From contig JAYWIR010000001.1 in the NCBI GenBank assembly GCA_036172245.1, positions 7,998,001 through 8,062,000 of the forward strand: a DNA stretch of 64,000 nucleotides. Direction: 5' to 3'. The DNA comes from Raillietiella orientalis. Taxonomy: Eukaryota. A program made the translations under genes and the position numbers. The notes beneath the pieces were generated by a model. The model was given only the letters and a program-made list of their open reading frames with translations. It had not been told where the DNA came from and ran no database searches. Shown in pieces: positions 23,801 to 34,228 of the stretch. The first letter of the stretch is position 1; each line of letters starts with the position of its first letter.

Positions 23801-24415
23801 CTTGGCGCCTGGAAGACGAGTGAGTTGGCGGACGCCGCCACTCCTCGTGTTACTGCAAAGGGACTCCTCCGGTGGGCAGAAGAACTTGCTGTCACCCCCG
23901 AAGAACTTGTAGTCCCTCTACAGTGTATTGACAGTTCGCTGCTCCCCCTTGCTTGGAAACAAGCCGTGCTGCTTTTCGTTCACTGGGGTTTTCAGTGCAA
24001 CGAGCGTTGGCATCGCTACTCCGGGGGACTTGCGTCTGCGAACTGCGTTCGGTGCGGATCGACGGAGTCGATTCCGCACCTACTTCTGGACTGCGGTGTC
24101 CTACAAGGACTGTGGCGTAGGCTGGCAACAGCACTAATGCATCCCGTGGACACCGCAAGAGACTTGCTGCCACGATTCTTCACGCCGAGCGGGCTGTCAC
24201 TAAGCGCAAGGATTGCAACCATCGGTTGCATACGCGCGATAGTTTCCGTCCGCCAGGCGTTGGTAATCAACGGACAGCACCAAGAGGTAATCAGCAAAGC
24301 ATCCTTCAACATGGGAGCATCCGCTAGATGGCCTCATTTGACAGAGGAGACAAAAAGGAATCTCGCCGCAATACACCGCCGGTTTACACACCCTCAGCAG
24401 CGGCCAACCCGGTGA
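20825..24415 (+). pseudogene. ORF2 APE-RT of E with a single nonsense codon
   Basis: ORFs 20825..23242 and 23276..24415 are in frame, separated by TGA at a conserved Trp (NALW); YTDD; CVRCGSTESIPHLLLDC. Confidence 0.92.
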
Positions 24416-25988
24416 TCATTGCCCTACCCTCCATAAACTATTTTTTTATTTTCTTTTTACATCCGCGTCCCCATAGCATATGGAACATTTTAGGTGCTCA
24501 TCGTTTAAATCCCCGTGAGTACGGAGCCTAACCAAAAACCCGTTACCCTTCCCTCCAGTTTTTGATTTTTGTTTGTTTCCCCTCATTCCTCCCACGCTGC
24601 GAGCGGTTTGTTTACCAGGCCTGCGTGCCGGTAATTTTTCTATGTTCCCTGTCGTTCTGTTGATTGGGGACATTGTCCCTGACCAGGTTTTTGTTATTAA
24701 TAAACGCCCCGGCTTGACCGGGTGATAAATTTCAATCTCCGCCTGCTAACATGTGAGCCGGGAACGCGAAAGAACGCGATGAACGAGTTGTGCGCCGCCT
24801 TGCGTGCGCGCAGCTTTTTCGCAATTGAGCGGGGAATGGTCCACAGCATCGTCTGGTCGATGCTGTGGACCTCGACACCGACCTTTGTTCGCGGGTCGGC
24901 AAGCGTAGGAGGGTTGCGTCGACGTTGTCGGACCATTCCCGGCTAATTTTCGAGATGCGGCCTCGCGACAAAGGACCGCCATCCAGGGACTGGCGTCTCC
25001 CCGGGGACTGGACGCGCATCTCAGGTGCAAAGGTACACCTTCGCGAATACCTGAGAGGCGTCACGCTCCGGAATCTCCAGGACTGGGACCTTTTTAAGGA
25101 ATCGGTCCGCGAGTTATGCGAGCAGTTCTCCCTGGATCGCCTGCCCTTCGGATTTGGCGAGGGTGCTCGCAACCATCGAGCATATTTACAGGCCCGTCGT
25201 TACGAGAGAACCCCAAATGTCCGTTGCTTGGCCGAGTACCGCGCTGGGGCCGAACGCCAAGCCTGGCAATCCGGGTCGGCCAGCTTGCTGGACGACCAGG
25301 GCCGGGAATGTTCGTCCCCGGTGTCGGTACGGCATCTCGTGAGAAGATTTTATTCATGCCTTTACGCCAGGACGCCTCCGTACCAAGATGCCTCTCGGCG
25401 CTTGTTCCCGGATGGTGCCCTGGGGATAGGGGAAGAGGAGTCGGTAAGCCTCGACGAGCCTTTCACTGCCGGTGAAATTCTCGCCAGTATCAAAAGGCTC
25501 AATAGGCGTATGGCGTCAAAGAAGGATACCTTGCCCGCGGAGTTCTTTCAGTGCTTCGAGGAAGAGCTTGCCCTCCTGCTGCTCGTGTTGACAAGGCTGA
25601 TCCGAGACGAAGGCGATGTTCCCGCCTCGTAAAGGTCAGCCAGAGTGAGGCTCCTTCCGAAAGGGGGAGACCTCAGGAAATTGCATAACTGGCGTCCGAT
25701 CACCATCGTGAACACGGACGCCAAGTTGCTAGCAGGGTTATGGGCTTCGCGTTTAGGGCAGGTGGCAGAGTCCATAATTAGCCCGGAGTAGACCTATGCT
25801 GTTCCCGGGCGAAGTATGGACGCCAACCTCTTCTTCGCAAGCACGTGGATGCACCTGCAAAGGAGAGAAAAGAAAGGGAAAGGGAAAATCGGCAACCCCA
25901 CATTGGGGCCGCCATTGGGGCTGGGAATGGACACCCGGGCGGAGAGGGGGGCCGTAGCGCTCGCAGTCGATCTCCATAAGGCGTTCGA

Positions 25989-28342
25989 TTTTCACCCGGA
26001 TTTCGCCGGGGCGTTTATTGTAAAATAAACTTTTACAAAGACGTGCGGTGGCTGGACCATTGCTCCAGCCACGCACGAAAAAACACAGAGCCTGCCGGGT
26101 CACCGGTTCGCAGACCGGTACGGTCCACCACGGCAGCAGGGGGAAGGGGGAAAAACAAAAAAAACAAAACAAAAAAGAAAAGAAAAATTGGGAGGGTAAG
26201 GGAAGGGATCACAGTTGCTGGTGGGGCCGTTGCATCCTTTGCAGGATGCCGGCAAGCTCCTTCTGTATTCCTGGATCCAGGTGGGGCCATCGGGACGCCC
26301 TCCTCAGGAACTGAGAGGCTGGCTGGATGGCACCCTGGTCGCGTTGTCCTTTCGTAGCCTTGCTTCAAGCGGTGACGATCCCGCGTAGGCAGCACAAAGC
26401 TGCTAACGAGGCCGCTGGCCGAAGGGCGTCGGCAACGAAGAGGGCTTTCAGTGCGTCCCTGGGGTTGCCGCAGGGGATTCCGATGGCCGCGGCAAAGCGA
26501 AACCAAAGGGGCCGAAGGGCAACACAATCCACTAGCAGGTGGGGGAGGGAATCCCGTTCCCCACACCTGACGCAATTGGGGTCCACCGTTCCCCAGGTCC
26601 AGTGGTGTCGGCGGGCGTTGCAGAAGAGTCCCCAGTGCTGCAACAGGAGAGCCGACTCCTGCCATTTTAAGGGTAGGGCGGAAGTGTTCATGAGCACCGG
26701 GGGCCACTTCAGATGTTCAATGGGAACATCGAGCAGCGCGCCCCAGCGCAGAAGTCCATTGGGAGGCGCACTCGGGGTCGCAGCGTCTGTTAACTGGCCC
26801 GTCTTCCACTCTCCTATCTTCTTCTCCTTTCCGGAGATTGTTACTGTTACCACCCACTTCGCCGCAACATCGCTGTCCAGATCTTCCATCAGGGAGGGCA
26901 GCGCAGCAGCGAGGGGGGTTCTTCCTGCCCACGCTCTCTTCTTTGTATCCTCCAGGATCTCGCGGAGCGTGCAACTTCTGTAACCCCCAAACAGGAACCT
27001 TCGTTCCTGTTGGGAGCGTTGCATGCCGAACTGTCCCACGTTCGAACGGTTTCCTGCAACCAGGCACTACCGTTAAACGGGCGACAGGTGAGCAATCCTG
27101 GGTTTTTCCGATACAACGCAGCCACCCTCCGTAGCTGGAGTCCGCATCGGTTGACGCGGCGACGGAGTGCAAGAAACGACGTCAGTCCCGTCTTGCCGGT
27201 GGCTTGCTGGAGAAGGAGACGTGCAGGGACGCACCAACAGGTGCACCACAACTCTGGAACGAGTGCCGACAAGCGGAACTGGAGCTGAAGCTCCAGCCGC
27301 TCCAGCGTCAGGAGGCCCAGACCACCATCCCGACGAGGAGCGCACAAGTCCTTTAAGCGGACTCGGGCCCTCCCGTTGCCCCAAAGGGCGATACGGAGGA
27401 GGTCCTTCGTCCGCTTTTTGATCCTCTCTGTGGGAGGGCGAACAAAAAGCAGGGAGCGGAGGAGAGGAGCCGCGAACGTGTTCCAAACCGCGGCCCGTTC
27501 AGGCAGGAAAAACCTGCCGCCTCGGAACGGGCCGATAGCCGTCTCTACTTTTTGGAGGCAGCCGGACCACGCTTCCGCAGGGGAGTAGTCCCCCAACGGC
27601 ACACCAAGGTACTTGAAGTACCTCACCGTGGGGATCCCCAAACGGACCCAGTCCTGCTGCCCTGCCCACGCCGCACCAACTGGCATCACGGACGACTTCT
27701 CCCTGTTCACCGTAAGTCCGGTTCCCCGATGCAGCAGGTCGAAGAACTCCTCGACCGCCGCAGCCGGGGTGGACATAGGGAGCAGCAGCAGAAGGTCGTC
27801 CCCGTATGCTGAAACGGCCGGAGTACCGGCACAGTCGGGCGGCAGGTGCGCCAGAGTTCCCCTGTACGCTCTCAGTACCAACTAAAAGTAGGTACTGAAG
27901 AGCAAGGGGCTCAGGCTGTCTCCCTGCCGGATCCCACGCCGCACCGGCACGCCGTGCACGGTCTGCCCGCTGGAAGTAACGTTGATGAGCGCGTCGCGCC
28001 AGCGGGAGCGCAGATAGGCCACAAATGAGGCCAGGAAGCCCAAGCGTTCCAGAAGCTCCAGAAGGAGATTCTGGTCGACGCAATCGAATGCTTTTCGCAA
28101 GTCGATTGCGACCGCAAGGGCTCCCTCCCCCACCCGACCATCCAACCCCTTGCCGGCGCATGCACCGGAATTCCGGCTGCGCACCAAGCTCCTTTCATGT
28201 TGGAGCTCTAGCCAGGTGGAAGCGTGGAACAGGTTCGCCTCCATGCTTCGCCCGGGAACAGCATATGTCTGTTCCGGGCTGATGAAGATGTTGGCAACCC
28301 GACCCAGACGCTCTGCCCAAACCTTAGCCAGCAACTTGGCGT
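25989..28342 (-). mobile_element. Subfamily B copy 1, distal part; antisense in KAFD of F2 and cut by A2 at DAKL
   Basis: 3' end aataaacgccccggcgaaatccgggtgaaa (minus, 25990-26019); RT motifs AKVWAERL, KAFD, QGDSLSP and YGDD; CVRCGERDSLPHL. Confidence 0.9.
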
Positions 28343-28370
28343 GCGGACGTGTTTTTGTAGCGCTCCTCCG
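28343..28370 (+). promoter_or_regulatory. Conserved 5'-terminal motif (G/A)GACGTG(T/C)TTT..CGCTC, putative internal promoter (example copy)
   Basis: Found within ~6 nt of the 5' end in 9 elements. Function is inferred. Confidence 0.6.
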
Positions 28371-28430
28371 CGCCTGGTGTAAAGCGATTTATTTGGATTG
28401 TGATTGTGTGTGAAGCATCTGCGGTGTCGA

Positions 28431-30452
28431 ATGGCAGAAATGCCTGAGGACACCGCGATGGATATAGGAGGGGGAGAGGCTTGCTCCTCTCCCCAACCCA
28501 CGGAGGTGGGGGCAATCGCCCATACGGAGGCGACGGCAGCCGCACCCCTGAAAAAGGGGGCAACCGCCGCCTCGAAAGCGAGGGCAAAGGCCCCCTTGAA
28601 AAAGGGGGCAAAAGCCCCGCTGGAACAGGGTGCAACCGCCCCCTTGAAAAAGGGGACAACCGCAACCCTGGAAAAGGGCGCAACCGCCTCCTTGAAAAAG
28701 GGGGCACCTGCACCCTCGAATGCGTCTTCGGCATCGCCGAAGACCTGGAGTTCAGTGGCTGCAGCCCCATCTCCTGCAGCCCTCGCCGAGCAGAAAGCCT
28801 ACCTGGAGCAGGGATACAAGCCGTCCCTGATATACAAGATAGGCAATCTGTTTGTCGGGAACACCGCTCGCAACTTCGAAAGGGAGTTGCAGCGGTTGAA
28901 CGTAAAAGAGGAAGACCTGGAAGGTCTTTCCGTGTTGAGTTGTGGTCAGCGGGTGGAGCTGACTTGCAGAAATGCAAGCCTTGCTCAACACCTCCTGAAT
29001 ACGCCAATCACACTGGAAGGCCGAAAGGTTTTCTTGGTGACGGAGGATCGCTCCGTGGTGACGCACCTCACGGGAGTCACCCTCCGCATGTCGAAAGCCG
29101 ACGTGCAGGAGGAACTCGGAAAATACGGAACGGTTCACGCGCTATGGCCCAAGCCCAACGTCTTCCAGAGTTACGGAAGACTGTTTAGTGGCATGGCTGG
29201 TGCGCGTGTAACCGTCCACGAAAACGGTGGGCTACCCCACAAACTAGACGTCGGCAACGAGACCGTCGACGTCTGGTACGTGGGCAAGCCCAAGTACTGT
29301 GGACACTGTGATGCCACAGGGCACCTGAAAAAGCGGTGCCCTCACATCCAGTGTTTCCACTGTGGAGAGAAGGGCCACCTCCGCAAAGTGTGCCCGAAGC
29401 GCGAACCTCCGGCTCCCGCTGCCTTGAAAAATTCCAAAGGGAAACGCGCGGAGGCTACGGAAAACCCTGCGAAGGCACCCGTGAGGCGGAACCCACAGCC
29501 GGAGCCCGAGACCGTGCAGCAAACGCCGGTCGTGGAATCTACCGACGACGCTGAAAAGAGAGAAGGCTGGCAGAAGGCGAAGCCTAAAGCCAAGAAAATT
29601 AAGAAAACCGAAGGGTCGACAGCGGAACCCGCGACGTCTCCTTTAAATAGGAGACAAAGCCGCGCGTTGATCCGCGAATGTTCGGTCGCTTTGGAGCGTG
29701 TGGAGGTACCCGAGACCGCCACCGGGGGCGATATCCCCCGCGTCGACGCCGACGATAACGCGATTGCGGAAGGCGAACCCTCTGTGCAAACAGAGGGGGA
29801 ACCGCGCGACGCGCTCGCCGCGATCGACGAGGCCGCCTTCCAGCAGGCGGCGGAAGAGCTCGCGGCCGAACTCGCCGACCGTGAGAACGGCGCGCGAAAG
29901 GCCTTGCGAAGGCCGGCCGCGACCAGGGCACCTCCGACAGGTGACCACGACCCGGATGCCGGAAGTGCGTCCTCTTCCACGGAGGCGCCTCCGAAGAAGA
30001 CTGGACGGAAGTCCAAGAATCCCAAGAGGCGCATCCCGACGAAGAGCGAGGGGGACGTACCGGCAGCCGAGGGGGAAGCCGGCAGCGTGGGAACGGAGGA
30101 AGGAATTTTCCCACCCTCCGCCACCGAGCAGCCGGCCACCCCCATGGAGGAGGGGGAGCAGGCAGGGCATTGCCTCCCCCTTCCACCGGTGGAGCCTGCG
30201 GAGAAGATGGTCATGGAAGAGGGGGAGCAGTCAGCTGAGAACCGCTCCCACCTGCCGTCCAACGCAGTCAAGGAATCGGCCCCCAAGGAAGAGGGGAAGC
30301 AGGTGCGTGAAGCATGCTCCCTTCAACCGTTGCGGTCCGCCGAGGAATCGGCCCCCATGGAGGTGGGAGAACCGCTGGGCGGTGCCCCCATGCCTCCATC
30401 CGTCCCGCCCGACCAGGTGGCGGGAGCCCCATTGCCACTTTCCCGGGAATAA
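28431..30452 (+). CDS. ORF1 of A2 (673 aa)
   Basis: Differs from A1 ORF1 at two residues in the ORF track; two CCHC knuckles. Confidence 0.9.
   Translation: MAEMPEDTAMDIGGGEACSSPQPTEVGAIAHTEATAAAPLKKGATAASKARAKAPLKKGAKAPLEQGATAPLKKGTTATLEKGATASLKKGAPAPSNASSASPKTWSSVAAAPSPAALAEQKAYLEQGYKPSLIYKIGNLFVGNTARNFERELQRLNVKEEDLEGLSVLSCGQRVELTCRNASLAQHLLNTPITLEGRKVFLVTEDRSVVTHLTGVTLRMSKADVQEELGKYGTVHALWPKPNVFQSYGRLFSGMAGARVTVHENGGLPHKLDVGNETVDVWYVGKPKYCGHCDATGHLKKRCPHIQCFHCGEKGHLRKVCPKREPPAPAALKNSKGKRAEATENPAKAPVRRNPQPEPETVQQTPVVESTDDAEKREGWQKAKPKAKKIKKTEGSTAEPATSPLNRRQSRALIRECSVALERVEVPETATGGDIPRVDADDNAIAEGEPSVQTEGEPRDALAAIDEAAFQQAAEELAAELADRENGARKALRRPAATRAPPTGDHDPDAGSASSSTEAPPKKTGRKSKNPKRRIPTKSEGDVPAAEGEAGSVGTEEGIFPPSATEQPATPMEEGEQAGHCLPLPPVEPAEKMVMEEGEQSAENRSHLPSNAVKESAPKEEGKQVREACSLQPLRSAEESAPMEVGEPLGGAPMPPSVPPDQVAGAPLPLSRE
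28545..28710 (+). repeat. Six coding repeats (L-K/E-K/Q-G-A/T-x-A, mostly 27-bp period) in the A ORF1 N-terminus
   Basis: ttgaaaaagggggcaaccgcc-like units; also at ~13640-13805 (minus) and ~44855-45025. Confidence 0.85.
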
Positions 30453-33400
30453 CACCTGGGATCGCCTGTCGCCGTCGATTGCGTGTGGCATGCTGGAACG
30501 TCCACGGGCTGCGCGACGACAGCAACAGACGGGACACGGCAGCCACCCTGCGTGACTTCGACCTGGCACTCCTGCAGGAGATCCACGTGATCACCGGGGA
30601 GAACGCCCAGGAGATCGAGAGGATCGCAGAAGGGCGGCTGGTGTGGCAATGCGGCACCCGATACACCTGCGGCGTCGCGTTTTTTATGAAACCGGCGGTC
30701 GACGCTGCCGTGAAGGGCGTGCGCTTCGACGAAGCCGGTCGTGTCGGGCAGCTGATTCTCAGATGGTCCGACACGATCGACCTCGTCGTAACAAACGTAT
30801 ACGCCCCGAGCGGTTATAACAGGTAACGGGAACGCGCGGCGTTCCTGGAAAGCGTGAAGCACGACTGGCTGGTGGAAGCGAACGTGCGCGTGGCTCACCT
30901 GATAGCAGGAGACTTTAATCTCCGCCTGCTATCAGGTGAGCCACACGCACAGGAACGGACGGCTAACGTGTTGTGCGCCGCCATGCGCACGCGCAACTTG
31001 TTAGGGGATCTTTCAAAAATGGTCAGCAGCATCGACCACGTCTTCCTGGACGTCGACCTGTGCTGGCGGGTCGGTAAACGGGGGAAAGTTGCGTCGGAAC
31101 TGTCTGACCATTCCAGATTGATACTCGAGGTGTGCCCGCGCGACAAGGGACCCACGTCCAGGGCGTGGCGGTTGCCTGGTGACTGGACGCGCCTCTCAGG
31201 TGCAAAGGAACACCTTCGCGAATTCCTGAGAGGCGTCACCCTCCCCGGTCTCAAAGATTGGGACCTCTTCAAGGCCTCGGTCCGCGAATTCTGCGAGGAG
31301 TTCCCCCTGCACCGCCTGCCCCCCGGATTTAAGTAGGGGGCTCGGAACCATAGGGCCTATTTACAGGCCCGCCGGTACGAGAGGACGCACAATGTACGTC
31401 GCCTGGCAGAGTACCGAGCCGGGGCCGAACGTCAAGCCTGGCAATCCGGATCGGCCAGCTTGCTGGACGACCAGGGCCGGGAGCACTTAGCTCCGGCTAG
31501 AATACGGCACATCGTACGGCGTTATTATTCCTGCCTTTACGCCAGGGCGCCCCCGGACCAAGATGCCTCTGGGCGCTCACTTCCGAGCGGTGCCCCGGCA
31601 ATATGGGAGGAGGAGAAGGAAAGTCTCGACGAGCCTTTTATCACCGGCGATGTTCTCGCCGGTATCCAAAGGCTCAAGAGGCGGAAAGAACCAGGGGAGG
31701 ACGGCCTGCCTGCGGAGTTTTTTCAATGCTTCGCGGCAGAGTTGGCACCCCTAGTGCTTGAGTTGACAAGGCTGATCCGAGATGAAGGCGATGTACCCGC
31801 CTCTTTTCGGTCAGCCAGAGTGAGGCTCCTTCCGAAAGGAGGAGACCTCAGGAAACTCAGCAACTGGCGTCCGATCACAATTGTGAAGACGGACGACAAG
31901 TTGATCGCCGGACTGTGGGCTTCGCGTCTGGGGCAGGTGGCCAATTCCATAATTAGCCCGGAGTAGACTTACGCTGTTTCCGGGCGAAGTATGTAGGCCA
32001 CCTCTTCTTCGCGAGCACATGGTTTCATGTGCAGAGTAGTGAAGGATTGGCAGCCCCGCTTTGGGGGCGTCAGCCGGGCAGGGACAGGACTCCCAGGTGG
32101 GGAAGGGAGCCTTAGCGATGGCAGTCGATCTGCATAAAGCGTTTCACTGCGTGGACCAGGATCTCCTGCTGGAGCTCCTGGGACGCATGGGCTTCCCTCC
32201 CTCCCTACTGACCTACCTGCGCTCTTGCTGGCGCAGCGCGCTGATCAATATCTCTTTCAGAGGTCAAATGGCGTACAGCGTGCCGGTACGGCGGGGCATA
32301 CGGCAGGGCGACAGCCTCAGTCCCCTGCTTTTTAGCACCTACTTTGAGTTGGTGCTGAGAGCGTATAGGGTGACGTTGGCCCCCTTGCCGAACTCGTGCC
32401 CCGGCAGGCCCGCCGTAGCAGCGTACGCCGACGATCTTCTGCTTTTGTTGCCGATGTCCATCCCGGCAAAGGCATTCGAGGATTTCTTCGACCTGCTTAA
32501 CCGCGGAACCGGACTGCAGGTTAACAAGGCGAAGTCGTCGGTGGTACCAGACGGTGCGACGTGAGCTTGGCAGCAGGACTGGGTCCGTTTGGGGATCCCC
32601 TCGGCAAGGTGCTTGAAGTACCTCTGTGTGCCGTTGGGGGATTACTCCCCTTCGGATGCGTGGTCCGGCTGCCTCCAAAAAGTGGAAACGGCGATCGGCC
32701 CGTTCTTGGAAGACAAGTTCCTGCTTCCGGAACGGGCCGCGGTGTGGAACTCCTTTGCGGTTCCCATCCTCCGCCCCCTGCTTTTTGTTTGCCCCGTCCC
32801 CAGGGACATGAAGAAAAGGACGAAGGACCTCCTGAGGTTTTCCCTTTGGGGAAGAGGGAGGCCCCGAGTCCATTAGAAGGACTTGTGTGCTCCACGTTGG
32901 GATGGCGGTCTGAGCCTCTTGACGCTGGAGAGAGTAGAAATCCAGCTGCGATGGCGCACCCTGGCCATCGCAGCGAAGTTATGCAGCAACCCATGGTGCG
33001 TTGAGGCCCGACTCCTTGCCAGCCGTGTATCCGGAACGGAAGGTCTGGCGTCTCATCTTCTGTGCCGCCACTCGAAGATCAAGAGATGCGGACTCCTCCT
33101 GGGACGCAAGGCAACCCTGGCAAACGAAAACGGCTGGATGGAATGCAGCCCCGCCAACTCCTCCGCATGGTTGGAGGAGACAGCTGGCACGTGGGCGAAG
33201 ATAAACCAGAAGAACGGAGAGATGTGGAACTGCCTGCGACGCGGCGCCTATTCCCGCTACACTCTGCGGATGATACTCCAGTGTCCCGCGAGAAGCACGT
33301 GTGCAGAGACAACCCCCCTAGCTACGGCGATGCCCTTCCTGAGGAGGGCGCTCTCCAGGAGCCGCAAGCCTAGGTGGCAAGTCTCCTGCCGCATCGCAGG

Positions 33401-34021
33401 CAAGGAGAAGTTGATCAGCGGCTGGTCCACGGGCGAACTGGCGGACGCCAGTACCCATAGTGTACAGGCGAGAGGACTGCAGAGATGGGGCGAGCTACTC
33501 GGCATCCAGCCGGATGACCTGAAGTGGCCCCCGGTATTAATTGGATCTAGGATCCTCCCCCTGAAGTGGCAGGATTCGGCGCTTCTGTTGTTGCATTGGG
33601 GTCTACCCTGCAACGCACGCCGCCACCACTGGACCAGGGGTCGAGTAGATCCTACCTGCATCAGGTGTGGGGAACGGGAAACTCTCCACCACCTCCATGT
33701 TGATTGTGCTGCCTCCGGCCCTCGTGGGAACATCTTCGTGCCTCCCTACGGATCCAGGAAGGCTGCAAGCCCAGAGACGTTTTTCGGCTTCTGTTCGTGC
33801 ATGATGCCCTGCGTCCAGCCGCTACCCTGACTGCACTTTGCCGCGTACGCGGGATTGTGACGTGCTGGAGCAACGTCAGAAGACCGAGGCACGACAGGGA
33901 TACCGCCGTACTTGCAGTCCGCTACCTGCGGATTGCGACCAGATGGCCCCACCTGGGAAATATACGCACGGACCTCGAGCGCATCCTGCCAAGGATGGAC
34001 CCTCCTCCCAGTGGTCAGTGA
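30452..34021 (+). pseudogene. ORF2 APE-RT of A2, disrupted
   Basis: All APE/RT motifs are in order, with stops at 30826, 31336, 31966, 32876 and frameshifts. Confidence 0.92.
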
Positions 34022-34228
34022 TCCCTCCCCAACCCTCCCAAATCTTTTTGTTTTAATGTTTTATTTTTCTTTTTGTTTTTTCCCCCACCCCCTTCCGCTG
34101 CCGAGGAGAGTCGCGCCGGTCTGCGTACCGGCGACCCGGCAGGTCCAGTTGAGTTGGCCGCAGTGGGGCCTCGTACCGCGAATGAAAGAGAATTTTTAAT
34201 AAACGCCCCGGCGTGACCGGGTGGCAAC

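Larger units (their letters stand above)
18826..24728 (+). mobile_element. Subfamily E full-length LINE inserted in sense orientation into the GDFN motif of F2
   Basis: TSD atttcaatc at 18817-18825 and 24729-24737; 5' gagtgaggacgtgttttt; 3' aataaacgccccggcttgaccgggtg. Confidence 0.95.
16388..25988 (+). mobile_element. Subfamily F copy 2 (16388-18825 and 24729-25988), split by E and truncated by B1
   Basis: 5' gagaggacgtgctttt. APE reads AGDFN| at 18825 and resumes FNLRLL after 24729; RT ends at HKAFD (25988). Confidence 0.9.
28343..34228 (+). mobile_element. Subfamily A copy 2, full-length, ORF2 inactivated
   Basis: Direct repeat agcaacttggcgt at 28330-28342 and 34230-34242; 5' gcggacgtg; 3' aataaacgccccggcgtgaccgggtggcaac. 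Confidence 0.95.

Noticed and set aside
20825-24415. RT as group II intron, retron, DGR or LTR-element pol
   Set aside because: The N-terminal APE domain, upstream CCHC ORF1, 5' truncations and variable TSDs define a non-LTR element; no LTRs, protease or integrase.
34021-34228. Guide-RNA-like match between UTRs and each subfamily's target
   Set aside because: By eye only short partial matches (such as ccagttg vs ccaagttg) were found; a systematic search is needed.
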